A program made the translations under genes and the position numbers. The notes under the pieces are model-generated. The model ran no database searches and was not told the DNA's origin. It saw nothing but the letters and a program-made list of their open reading frames with translations. A stretch of DNA of 64,000 nt from Planctomycetota bacterium (lineage in GTDB: Bacteria; Planctomycetota; B15-G4): the NCBI GenBank assembly GCA_965248575.1, contig CBDFJQ010000002.1, positions 4,160,001 through 4,224,000 on the forward strand. Reading direction: 5' to 3'. Shown in pieces: positions 1 to 8,948 of this stretch (within the stretch, counting starts at the first letter, position 1; every line of letters starts with the position of its first letter).

Positions 1-1022
1 AATCGCGAACGGTGCAACTCCACGAAGCGGCCGTAGTCCGGGGCCCGTTCGAGGGCGAGGCGCAGGAACTCCATGCGCACCTTGCGCACACGCTCGACCA
101 GCTCGGGGTCCGCGCCGTCCTCGGATTCCACCTGATGCAAGGCGGAGGGCAGGTCCCGGTCGCCGCGCCCGAACACGGCACGGGGTCGGCTCAAGCGGCG
201 GCCGAGATCACCCGCCAGGGCAGAGCTGTAGGCCACGCCCCGGGAGAGGTCCTTCTCGACATCGCGGGTGACGTTGGCCAGCTGCACGAACTCGCCCGCG
301 CGCATGGCGGTCTCGTGTTCGTCGCTCGGGAGATCAGGGGAGGCCTTCGCCACCAGCTTCGACAAGCGGGCGACGTAGACCACGGGATTGCCCAGCACCT
401 CGCGGCAGTAGCGCAGCAACTGGGCGTCGTCCTGCAGCACGCCCCCCTGGCGGGCGAAGACGTCGCTGCCCCAGATCATGCCGGCGGCCATGTCTGTCAC
501 CAGGTCGCGGATGATGCCGCGCACATCGGCTGCGAGGCTGGCGTGCACGCGGTCCACGAGGGCGCAGCGTTCCAGCAGCAGGACATGGGCGCGGTCCGCG
601 GGGTCGGCGCTGCGGGCAGCTAGGGCGTCCAAGACGGGCGGGGCCGCCAGCAGGCCGTCGGCGTCCGGCGTGTCGAAGCGTGCGGCGAATCCGTGAAGCG
701 CTGCCTCGCGGGCGCCTGAATCGAGCACCAGGTCTTCATAGGTGTCGAGCATGCGGCAGTAGAGGTAGGCCACCGCTGAGGCCTTGGCGCTGCGCCCGGG
801 CAGCATGGCGATGGACGCCGAGAAGGTCCGCGCAGCGTGGGGTAGGATGGCCCACACAAACTGCTCGGGATCGGCGATGCGCCCCAACGCCGCCAGATCT
901 GGGTCGCCACGGTCCACGACGAGGTCGCGGACCAGCAGCCAAGGGCGTCGAAGCACGAATGGGAGAGTGGCCATGGCCAGCAGGATAGCGATGCGATCCC
1001 TGCTTCGTGCATGTGTCGCCAC
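1..1022 (-). CDS. Squalene/phytoene synthase family protein (3' end runs off the window)
   Basis: Not in the ORF track because there is no stop before the edge. Manual translation from GTG at 1022 gives ...ILPHAARTFSASI...AYLYCRMLDTYEDL...YCREVLG...FVQLANVTRDVEKDLSRG, matching the two Asp-rich head-to-head prenyl synthase motifs. Start is uncertain (ATG ~974 is an alternative). Confidence 0.8.
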   Translation of the reverse strand, partial: MATHARSRDRIAILLAMATLPFVLRRPWLLVRDLVVDRGDPDLAALGRIADPEQFVWAILPHAARTFSASIAMLPGRSAKASAVAYLYCRMLDTYEDLVLDSGAREAALHGFAARFDTPDADGLLAAPPVLDALAARSADPADRAHVLLLERCALVDRVHASLAADVRGIIRDLVTDMAAGMIWGSDVFARQGGVLQDDAQLLRYCREVLGNPVVYVARLSKLVAKASPDLPSDEHETAMRAGEFVQLANVTRDVEKDLSRGVAYSSALAGDLGRRLSRPRAVFGRGDRDLPSALHQVESEDGADPELVERVRKVRMEFLRLALERAPDYGRFVELHRSR

Positions 1023-1080
1023 CTATGTCCGCAGATGGACACTGGTGAGTGGGCTGGCCCTCGGAGGTATCCTCCCGGCC

Positions 1081-2139
1081 ATGTCTGACTCCGACCCCAA
1101 CTTCGAGCCCCTGCGACCACCTGTCCTGGGCTTCGTGATGGAGTGGGACGAGGCCCGAGACGTCTATCGCGTGCGCTCCGTCGAGCAGCAGTCCGTGCTC
1201 GTGACCGGCTCGCTGGCGGTCTGCCAGGGGGCGTTGGTGGGTGCCTTGGAGGAAGCGTGGGGGACCGGGCATCCCAACCTCGCGATCCCGACTCCGGGCG
1301 GCATGCAGTTCTGGGCGGATGTGTTCTGGTTCGCCGGTTGGCGCATCCAGGAGAACGTCTACACGGGGCACTACCGCCTCTTGGACTCGGGCAAGGTGCG
1401 CCGCGCGTGGGGCAGTCGCGAGGCTTGCCGCACGGCCTTCGAGCGTGCCCGGGTCAAGGAGAAGCTGGTGATGAAGGACGCCCATGTCGTGGTGCTCATG
1501 CACGGCTTGGGGCGCACCCGGGAGTCCCTGTCGCGCATGAAATGGGAGCTACGCAACGCCGGCTACATCACCGCGAGCATCACCTACCCGAGCACGCGCC
1601 GGTCGCTGCTGGAGCATGCCGACCAGCTGACGGACATCCTGGATCGGCTGGAGGGTGTCGCCACCGTGTCCTTCGTGACGCACAGCTTGGGCGGCCTCGT
1701 GGTGCGCTCGGCCCTGGCCCGGGAGGCCGCGTGGCGCCAGCGCATCCTGGTGGGCCGGCTGGTGATGCTGGCGCCGCCCAGCCAAGGCTCGCACCTTGCG
1801 GAAGAGCTGGAAGACTTCCTGCCCGCCCAACTGGTCCTGGGCCCCTCGGCCGGCGACGTGGCTGAGATGAATGAGCTGGAGGCCATGCCGAGCCCGGAGT
1901 GCTCCTTCGGGATCATCGCGGCAGGGGGCCCTGGTTCCGGCGGTTGGAACCCGCTCATCGCCGGTGATGACGATGGCGTCGTGTCTGTCGAAGAGACCCG
2001 TCTGGAAGGGGCGGACGACTTCTTGTTGGTGCGCGGGCTGCACACCTTCTTCATGAACGACTCAGACGTCATCCGCGCCACGGTCTGCTTCTTGAAGACC
2101 GGCAGCTTCACCGAGCCCGAAATCGGCGAGGGCGGTTAG
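1081..2139 (+). CDS. Alpha/beta-hydrolase (lipase/esterase-like) with N-terminal extension
   Basis: VVLMHGLG oxyanion motif, THSLGG nucleophile elbow, DDGVV and H(TFF) catalytic region. Start moved from 784 to ATG 1081 because the extension overlaps the divergent synthase gene. Confidence 0.8.
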   Translation: MSDSDPNFEPLRPPVLGFVMEWDEARDVYRVRSVEQQSVLVTGSLAVCQGALVGALEEAWGTGHPNLAIPTPGGMQFWADVFWFAGWRIQENVYTGHYRLLDSGKVRRAWGSREACRTAFERARVKEKLVMKDAHVVVLMHGLGRTRESLSRMKWELRNAGYITASITYPSTRRSLLEHADQLTDILDRLEGVATVSFVTHSLGGLVVRSALAREAAWRQRILVGRLVMLAPPSQGSHLAEELEDFLPAQLVLGPSAGDVAEMNELEAMPSPECSFGIIAAGGPGSGGWNPLIAGDDDGVVSVEETRLEGADDFLLVRGLHTFFMNDSDVIRATVCFLKTGSFTEPEIGEGG

Positions 2140-2525
2140 TTCCAGACGCGCTCGCGCACGGCAGAGATGATCTGCAGCAGCACGCCCTCGGCCACGTCGT
2201 CGAGCGGCCGCACGCTGATGTGCGTGCGCGTCTGCTGCATGGGGCTCATGCGCACCTGGACGCGTTGGCCGTAGGCATTGGCGGCCTCGAGCAGCACCAC
2301 ACCGTTCTGGTAGTCGCGGCGGTCGATGAGAAACCCAGCGCTCTCCAGGGCTGCCGCGGCCACCTGGTTGACTGCGGCCAGGGGTTTGCCGATCTCCGTC
2401 TGGACGCCCTCGTTCTTCGGAACCGAGAGGGGCGCGTTGACGGGCGTGGTCTCGCACGAGGCACAGGGCAGCGCGAAGGCGACGGCGAGCAGCACCGTGG
2501 CCATTGAGTACGTGCGCGGGATCAT
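2136..2525 (-). CDS. Small putative lipoprotein (DUF3568-like)
   Basis: Hydrophobic signal ending ...ALPCASC followed by a ~100-aa alpha/beta domain. Start trimmed to ATG 2525. Confidence 0.6.
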   Translation of the reverse strand: MIPRTYSMATVLLAVAFALPCASCETTPVNAPLSVPKNEGVQTEIGKPLAAVNQVAAAALESAGFLIDRRDYQNGVVLLEAANAYGQRVQVRMSPMQQTRTHISVRPLDDVAEGVLLQIISAVRERVWN

Positions 2526-2638
2526 GCGGCTGCCTCGGGTGGGGAGGGTGCGTCGGTTCCCGCGCGTGGTCCGCGCCGGAACGGAGGCCAGGGTAGCTTG
2601 GAGCAGCGGGCGCTTCGACAGCCCAATCAACAGCTGGC

Positions 2639-3325
2639 TCAGAGGAACCAGAGCCGGAGCGACATGAGCGCGGCCGCCGCATTCATGAGCAACTGGCTGG
2701 GCCAGGGCGCGCTGGATTGCAGAGGTCGTGTGCGCAGACATTTGATGATGTGTTGGGCCGCGCGCTGGCGGCTCATGAGAAACGGCTTCCAACGAGACTG
2801 CGCCATCTTGGTGTCCACGAACCCGAAGCGGACGACGGTCACGGCGACGCCCGAGGAGCGCAGCGAGAGGCCCAGGGCCTTGAGCCACGACGAGAGGCCC
2901 GCCTTGCTAGCGGAGTAGCTGGGCGCGTCGGGGATCAGCGCGATGTCCGCAAGGCTGGACAGGCCGATGAAGTGGCCGCGGCCTGCCTCGAGCATGCGTG
3001 GGATCAGCACCTCGGCCGTGTCCACGGCGGCCAGGAAGTTGGTTTCGAGCACGCGGCGTTCGTGGGCCAGGCCGGGCAGCGCCAGAGGCTCGCCGATCCC
3101 CACGCAGTAGACGCACACGTCGAAGGGGCCGCGTTCCTGTGCGAGCTCCGTGAGCTGAGTCCGGTAGTCCGGCGAACGCACGTCCTGCATGCGCTGGGCT
3201 TGCGCCGGGAGGTCGGGGCAGGGGCTGCGCGACAAGCCCGTGACGTCCCAACCGAGCTCGGTCAGTTGCCGGGCCAACTCGCGCCCGATGCCATCCGATG
3301 CACCGATAATCAGGGCAGATGCCAT
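2639..3325 (-). CDS. Short-chain dehydrogenase/reductase (SDR)
   Basis: GASDGIG NAD(P)-binding motif and YSASK catalytic motif. Stop of the upstream tesA-like gene is 1 nt away. Confidence 0.9.
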   Translation of the reverse strand: MASALIIGASDGIGRELARQLTELGWDVTGLSRSPCPDLPAQAQRMQDVRSPDYRTQLTELAQERGPFDVCVYCVGIGEPLALPGLAHERRVLETNFLAAVDTAEVLIPRMLEAGRGHFIGLSSLADIALIPDAPSYSASKAGLSSWLKALGLSLRSSGVAVTVVRFGFVDTKMAQSRWKPFLMSRQRAAQHIIKCLRTRPLQSSAPWPSQLLMNAAAALMSLRLWFL

Positions 3326-3326
3326 C

Positions 3327-4136
3327 TCAGCCCTTTGCGCTCGCCAGTTCGTCGAGCAGCTCTTGCAGGGCAGGCTCCACGGTGTCCGCCAGGGCCTCGT
3401 GCCCGACGGTGGAGGGGTGCAGGCCGTCCGGCAGCATCATGCCCGCCTCCATGACGACGGATTGCATGAAGAAGGGGATCAGCGGCACGTCCTCGTCTTC
3501 GGCGATGCGCTTGTAGATGGCCGAGAACCCGCGCGTGTAGTCGAGCCCATAGTTGCCGGGGATCTTCATGCCGAGCAGCAGCACGAGGGCTTCGGCTTCT
3601 TGTGCGCGCCGGACCAACGCGCGCAGGTTGGCCTCGACCGAGTCGAGTTCGATGCCGCGCAGACCGTCGTTGGCGCCCAGCTCGACCACGACGATGTCCG
3701 GCTTCTGCCGCAGCTGCCACTCCAGGCGGCGCAGGCCCCCGGAGCTGGTGTCACCGGAGAGGCCAGCGTTGACGAAGCGGATGGGTTGGCCCTTGGCCGC
3801 AAAGCGTTTGGCGAGCAGGGCGGGGAAGGCCTCGTCCGCGGGCAGGTGCAGGCCGGCGGTGATGCTGTCGCCCAGGAAGGAGACCAGCGGGCCCGTGCCC
3901 ACGTTGGCTGTCGCTCCTGAGGCGGCGGCCCGAGCTTCGCGAAGTTCTTGCTGACCTGTTGAGTACTCGGTGGATGCACTGCTATCCCCTGCGTCCGATT
4001 CAGGGCTCGTGCGGGGCACGCCGCCGCTCTCGAGGTATTTGTCGGTCGAAGTCGACTCGGTCGCAGCATCACCGCAGGCGGTGAGCAGGACGGCGGCGAG
4101 GATCCAGGACAGGGTGGAAGCGACGGCGGCGGGCAT
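3327..4136 (-). CDS. tesA: GDSL/SGNH arylesterase (TesA-like), predicted lipoprotein
   Basis: GDSIT, NAGLSGDT, ELGAND and DGLHP blocks; LLTAC lipobox; divergent from the ABC ATPase. Confidence 0.88.
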   Translation of the reverse strand: MPAAVASTLSWILAAVLLTACGDAATESTSTDKYLESGGVPRTSPESDAGDSSASTEYSTGQQELREARAAASGATANVGTGPLVSFLGDSITAGLHLPADEAFPALLAKRFAAKGQPIRFVNAGLSGDTSSGGLRRLEWQLRQKPDIVVVELGANDGLRGIELDSVEANLRALVRRAQEAEALVLLLGMKIPGNYGLDYTRGFSAIYKRIAEDEDVPLIPFFMQSVVMEAGMMLPDGLHPSTVGHEALADTVEPALQELLDELASAKG

Positions 4137-4168
4137 CCCGCGATCCTATCAGGCACGATGGGCAACCC

Positions 4169-4966
4169 ATGACCGCACCTCTTGATGCCTCCCACGAAGC
4201 GCCCTCGGAACCTGCCTCCGGGCCCGCCTCGGAACGAGGCTCCGAACCGGGCCCTGATGCAGCCCCCGGAACAACCTCCGGAACGCCCCGTCTGCTTTGC
4301 CGTGGGCTGACCCGCCGGCTGCCTTCGGGCGACCACCTGCTGACCGTCCTGGACGGTGTGGACCTGCGCATCGAGGCCGGGGAGTTCGTGGCGATCCTCG
4401 GCCCTTCGGGCAGCGGCAAGTCGACGCTGCTGGGCTTGCTGGCCGGTCTCGACCGCCCCACAGAAGGCAGCGTGCAGCTGGACGGCCTGGCCCTGGAGAC
4501 CCAGAGCGAAGACGCCCTGGCGCTGCTGCGGCGGACGAAGGTGGGCTTCGTGTTCCAGAGTTTCCAGCTGCTGTCGAACCTCACGGCGCGCGAGAACATC
4601 CTGCTGCCCATGGAGCTGGGGGGCCTGGACGGGGCGGGTCCCCGGGCGGACGAACTGCTGGCGCGGGTGGGCCTGTCGGAACGCGGCCATCACTACCCCA
4701 GCCAGCTCTCCGGGGGCGAGCAGCAGCGGGTGGCCTTGGCCCGGGCCTTTGGCCCCCGGCCTTCCCTGCTGTTGGCGGACGAACCCACCGGAAACCTCGA
4801 CAGCGAGACGGGCAGCCAGGCGCTGGACCTGCTGGTGGAGCTGCGGGAGTCGGAGGGCAGCACCCTGGTGTTGGTGACCCACGACAGCCAGGTGGCCCAG
4901 CGCGCGGACCGCCGGCTGCACATGGCCGCCGGGCGCCTGGTGCGTGACGAGAGCGGGCCCTCGTGA
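4169..4966 (+). CDS. ybbA: ABC transporter ATP-binding protein (YbbA/LolD-like)
   Basis: GPSGSGKS Walker A, LSGGEQQR signature, LLLADEPTGNLD Walker B, VTHD switch. Confidence 0.9.
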   Translation: MTAPLDASHEAPSEPASGPASERGSEPGPDAAPGTTSGTPRLLCRGLTRRLPSGDHLLTVLDGVDLRIEAGEFVAILGPSGSGKSTLLGLLAGLDRPTEGSVQLDGLALETQSEDALALLRRTKVGFVFQSFQLLSNLTARENILLPMELGGLDGAGPRADELLARVGLSERGHHYPSQLSGGEQQRVALARAFGPRPSLLLADEPTGNLDSETGSQALDLLVELRESEGSTLVLVTHDSQVAQRADRRLHMAAGRLVRDESGPS

Positions 4967-7665
4967 AGCTCGCGGGATACCTCACGGCCATGCGCCGGGA
5001 GTCCCGAGGGAGCCGCGGTCGCCTGCTGTTCTTCACCGGCTGTCTGGCGGTGGGGGTTGCGGCGGTGGTGGGCGTGGGCGTGCTGGTGGGCTTGCTCGAC
5101 GAGGGTGTGCGTCGCAATGCGCGCCAGCTGCTGGCCGCGGACATGGTGGTCAGCGCGCGGCGGCCGTTGCCGGAAGAGCTGGGCGAGGCGCTCGCCCAAG
5201 AGGTGGGGTTGGAGCGCACCGATGTGCGCGAGTTGGCCACGGTGGTTTCGAGTGGCCCGAGGGCAGGTGCGGGGGCGAGTGACGAGGCAGGCGCCGAGAC
5301 CGGCAAGACCCGCAGCCGCCTCACAGAGCTGAAGGTCGTGAAGGGGCAGTACCCCTTCTATGGCGACCTGGTCCTGGACCCGCCCGGCAGCTTGGGCGCG
5401 GCCCTGGACGCCGAGTCGGTGGTGGTGGCCCCTGAGTTGCTCGCCGCCTTGCAGCTGAGTCGAGGCGACGAGTTGTTGGTGGGCGGGGCGTCGTTCCGGA
5501 TCGCTGCCTCGGTGGTGAGTGAACCGGATCGCATGGGCTTCTCGCTGACCTTGGGCCCGCGGGTGTTCATGACCGCCGAGGGGCTGGAGCGCACCGCCTT
5601 GCTGGGGGTTGGAAACAGGGTGCGCTACAAAGCCCTGCTGCGAGCGCCCGGCGCAGCCACCGGGCTGCAGTTGGCCGCCCTGGAAGGCCGCTTGCGCGAG
5701 GCCTTGCCCGACGCGGGCTTCCTACGCTTCGAAACCTTCGACGAGGCCCAACCGACCCTGCGCCGCGCCCTGGAGCGCGTGGAGGACTACCTCGGTCTGG
5801 TGGCCTTGCTTTCGCTCTTGCTGGGCGGCGTGGGTGTGGCCCAGATCGTGCGCACCTGGATGGCGGAGCGCACCGAGGGGGTGGCGGTCCTGCGCTGCCT
5901 CGGCATGCGTCCGTGGGAGATCCTGTGGCTGTACGTGGCCCAGGTCTGCGTGCTCGCCCTGGCGGGTAGCGTGTTGGGCGCCTTGCTCGGCACGGTCTTT
6001 CCCTACGCACTGCTGAGCGCTGTTCCGGATGTCCTGCCCCCGGGCTTTCTCGGGGCCCCTCCCGTGTGGCCGGTGCTGCGAGGCCTCGCGCTGGGCATGG
6101 GGGTGGCGTTGGTGTTCAGCTTGCCGCCGCTGCTGGCCGTCTGGCGCGTGCCGCCCGCGCGGGTCCTGCGGGCGGATGCGGCGCCGCTGCCCGCACCGCG
6201 CTGGATGGCCATCAGTGCCGTGCTCGTGTTGCTGCTCGGGCTCTTCGGCAGCGCCTTCGTGCAATCCGGTGACTGGCTCACGGCGCTGATCTTCACGGGC
6301 GGGCTGGTGGTGCTGATCGGCTTGCTCGCGCTCGGCGCCCGTACGTTGATGCGCGCGTCGCGTGCCCTGCCCCGGGAGCGCATGCACCCCTATCTGGCGC
6401 ACGGTGTGGCCGCCCTGTCCCGGCCGGGTGCCGGCACGGTGGGGGCGGTGGTGGCCTTGGGGCTGGGCGTGCTCGTGGTGCTGGCGATGCTGCTCGTGGA
6501 GGGCCGGCTGGCAGAGGAACTGCGCACGGCCTTGCCCGAGGAAGCCCCCAGCAGCTTCCTGGTGGACGTGCAACCGGACCAATGGATGGGAGTGCGCGCC
6601 GCAATGTTGGCGGAGGGTGCTGAGGCGGTGGACTCGGTGCCGGTGGTGATGGCGAGGTTGGCGGAGATCGATGGGACGTCTGTGGCGGATCTGTTGGCGC
6701 GACGTCGGGTAAGGCGGGGTGCGGCAGGGGGCGAGGGAGAAGGCGATGGGTCCAGCGCCGACGCAGGCTCACGCTCCGAGTACGAGTCAGAGAACACAGG
6801 AGACAGCGAAGCCGAGCGCGAGGGCGGCGGAGAGGCTGGCCGCGACGGCGGGAGCCCGCGCTGGGTGCTGAGCCGGGAGCAACGATTGACCTGGCGCCAG
6901 GACCTTCCCGCGGACAACCGCATCCTGGAGGGGGAGCTCTGGTCCGACCCGGAGCGGGCCGAGGTGAGCCTGGAGGAGGGCTTCGCCGAGGACTTGGGAG
7001 TGGGCGTGGGGTCGGAGTTGGTGTTCGACATCCAAGGCGTGCTGGTCGACGTGCTGGTGAGCAGCATCCGCTCGGTGGAGTGGCGCAGCTTCTCGATTAA
7101 CTTCTTCGTGATCGTCGAGCCGGGGTTGCTGGAGAGTGCGCCGCACTTTCGGATTGCCGCGGCGCGATTGAGCCGGGAGGGTGAGAACGCGTTGGAGGCG
7201 CAGCTCGTGGAGCGTTATCCAAACGTCACGTTGTTGAGGGTGCGGGACATCATCGAGAAGGTGGGGGAGCTGCTGGGACGGTTGGCGTTGGGGATTCGAT
7301 TGCTGGGCGGCTTCACAGCCCTGGCGGGTGTGGTGATCCTGGCGGGCGCCGTGGCGTCCACCTCCCTACGCCGCAGCCAAGAGGTGGCCTTGCTCAAGAC
7401 GATGGGGGTCACGCGCGGGGGAGTGGCTGCGCTGTTCGCCACTGAATACGCCCTGAGCGGGCTGCTTGCGGGATGCGTCGGGAGCCTGGGTGCGTACGCG
7501 TTGGCGTGGGCGTTCCTGGAGCACGTGGCCGACTTGGGAGCCGAGCTGCCCTGGGCGATCTTGCCGGTGGCGATCCTGCTGACGGGCTTGCTCGCCGTCT
7601 CCGCCGGGCTTGCGGCGAGCGGGCGTGCTTTGCGCGTGCCGCCGGTGGAGAGTCTTCGGCGCTAG
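4963..7665 (+). CDS. ybbP: FtsX/MacB-type ABC permease (YbbP-like, duplicated architecture)
   Basis: 900 aa with two periplasmic domains and two TM bundles; GTGA overlap with the ATPase; motifs YPFYG, DVQPDQ and SINFF. Contains an acidic Gly-rich insertion at ~6710-6850. Confidence 0.88.
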   Translation: MKLAGYLTAMRRESRGSRGRLLFFTGCLAVGVAAVVGVGVLVGLLDEGVRRNARQLLAADMVVSARRPLPEELGEALAQEVGLERTDVRELATVVSSGPRAGAGASDEAGAETGKTRSRLTELKVVKGQYPFYGDLVLDPPGSLGAALDAESVVVAPELLAALQLSRGDELLVGGASFRIAASVVSEPDRMGFSLTLGPRVFMTAEGLERTALLGVGNRVRYKALLRAPGAATGLQLAALEGRLREALPDAGFLRFETFDEAQPTLRRALERVEDYLGLVALLSLLLGGVGVAQIVRTWMAERTEGVAVLRCLGMRPWEILWLYVAQVCVLALAGSVLGALLGTVFPYALLSAVPDVLPPGFLGAPPVWPVLRGLALGMGVALVFSLPPLLAVWRVPPARVLRADAAPLPAPRWMAISAVLVLLLGLFGSAFVQSGDWLTALIFTGGLVVLIGLLALGARTLMRASRALPRERMHPYLAHGVAALSRPGAGTVGAVVALGLGVLVVLAMLLVEGRLAEELRTALPEEAPSSFLVDVQPDQWMGVRAAMLAEGAEAVDSVPVVMARLAEIDGTSVADLLARRRVRRGAAGGEGEGDGSSADAGSRSEYESENTGDSEAEREGGGEAGRDGGSPRWVLSREQRLTWRQDLPADNRILEGELWSDPERAEVSLEEGFAEDLGVGVGSELVFDIQGVLVDVLVSSIRSVEWRSFSINFFVIVEPGLLESAPHFRIAAARLSREGENALEAQLVERYPNVTLLRVRDIIEKVGELLGRLALGIRLLGGFTALAGVVILAGAVASTSLRRSQEVALLKTMGVTRGGVAALFATEYALSGLLAGCVGSLGAYALAWAFLEHVADLGAELPWAILPVAILLTGLLAVSAGLAASGRALRVPPVESLRR

Positions 7666-8006
7666 CAGCTTGTGGCGTGTTAGGCGGACCTGTCGTTCAC
7701 CTCCATGATTGGGCGGCGAGATTGCGGCATTGAGGGAGCGAATCACTGGACAGCTGCCGATCTTCGCAGAGGAAGTTCGCTGGATATCAACTCAGAGACA
7801 ACGGATAGACGGACCTGCCTATCACGGTTACGCTCAGAGGCATGAAGAGGACGAACGACGCCGTTTTGGCGCGATGCAAGCAGTGGGAGAAGTTTGTGAA
7901 GCGAGTCGACCAAATCGATAGACGGCGGGAGCAGGGGCATGTCCCGCTCTGTTTGGTGACGAGTCGCTCACTGTCCAATTGTAGTTAGGCACACGATGGA
8001 ACGTTC

Positions 8007-8267
8007 ATGGCCATCAGCACAGCAAAGGGCATTGGGTGGGTCGTCGCCGTCCCGCTTGCTGTTGCTGCAACGTCTGTCTGCGCTGCCATATCGGCTGACA
8101 ACTGGAACGCCCCAATCAGGGCCTTCGTTCTGTCTTGCGGCTGGTTTCCAGTAGCCGTGCTCCTGACCAAGCAGCGATCGTGGGTGTACTGGTGCACGCC
8201 TCTTGTCTTCGGTCTGCTCGCGACAGTCATCGTCACCGACCTGCCTAGCCGGATTCGCTGGCAGTGA
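8007..8267 (+). CDS. Cassette 1: small membrane hypothetical protein (~3 TM)
   Basis: Hydrophobic 86-aa ORF between core site 7984 and attC 8292. Confidence 0.55.
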   Translation: MAISTAKGIGWVVAVPLAVAATSVCAAISADNWNAPIRAFVLSCGWFPVAVLLTKQRSWVYWCTPLVFGLLATVIVTDLPSRIRWQ

Positions 8268-8291
8268 TCAATCTTTCGCCCTACGGTCGGT

Positions 8292-8354
8292 GCCTAACAA
8301 GCCGTTGCAACGGACCGGGCTGCGCCCGGCCGCTGAACGGCAGGTCCGTTAGGC
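8292..8354 (+). other. attC site 1 (intact, 63 bp)
   Basis: GCCTAAC-AAGCC-GTTGCAAC-GGACCGGGCTGCGCCCGGCC-GCTGAAC-GGCAGGTCC-GTTAGGC: R'' and R' boxes perfectly complementary, with L boxes and a central hairpin. Confidence 0.9.
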
Positions 8355-8368
8355 ACACGGAGTAACGC

Positions 8369-8827
8369 GTGGAGACATTCCTTCAGTACTTGCCGTTGAT
8401 AGTATCGTTCGTGTCGCTGGCACTCGCTATCACTGCACTTCGCATTACGCTGGCCCGCCGACATGCAAACGCTGCCGACCGGGCGCTCAACCGCTTTAGT
8501 CGGTTCAATGAACAGCTCTTCGCACACCCCGAATTCCATGACGTGTTCAGCCAGACGTTTGCTGAGATCAAGAAGAGCAGTTCGGGTCGCCGGGAGTACT
8601 CAAGCGCCAAGGCATTTGCGTGGTTTGTTCTTAACCAAATGGAAGGCGTATACATGGATCGGTGGCGCGGCAATCTAACCGTAGAGTCATTCAAGTGCTA
8701 TGACACTTGGTTTTGCGCCACTCTCGCCAAGGACAACGCTGTCAGAGAATTCGTAGAAGGTCACGACGGCGCCAACCTCAAGTTCTTCGCCGCGCCCTAC
8801 CAGGAGTACATTCGAAGTGTTCTCTAG
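8369..8827 (+). CDS. Cassette 2: hypothetical protein with N-terminal TM helix
   Basis: 152-aa ORF with GGAG upstream of a GTG start; sits exactly between attC1 and attC2. Confidence 0.7.
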   Translation: METFLQYLPLIVSFVSLALAITALRITLARRHANAADRALNRFSRFNEQLFAHPEFHDVFSQTFAEIKKSSSGRREYSSAKAFAWFVLNQMEGVYMDRWRGNLTVESFKCYDTWFCATLAKDNAVREFVEGHDGANLKFFAAPYQEYIRSVL

Positions 8828-8848
8828 CGCTTGCGAGATAGCGTCGGT

Positions 8849-8911
8849 GCCTATTAAGCGCTTGCAACGCACGGCGCTGCGCGCCGCGGCTGAGCCGCCA
8901 GTCCGTTAGTC
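8849..8911 (+). other. attC site 2 (degenerate R'', 63 bp)
   Basis: GCCTATT-AAGCG-CTTGCAAC...GCTGAGC-CGCCAGTCC-GTTAGTC; same length and architecture as attC1, with AAC changed to ATT. Confidence 0.75.
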
Positions 8912-8948
8912 TGGCCTGCTGGTCGACTAAGGCAAGGATCGATAACGA

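Noticed and set aside
12..623. 203-aa plus-strand ORF
   Set aside because: Antisense shadow of the squalene synthase-like gene; no motifs.
7690..7980. Possible integron integrase remnant or small ORFs (7709-7921, 7743-7940, 7787-7978)
   Set aside because: No IntI or tyrosine-recombinase motifs in the listed translations; ORFs are short and mutually overlapping.
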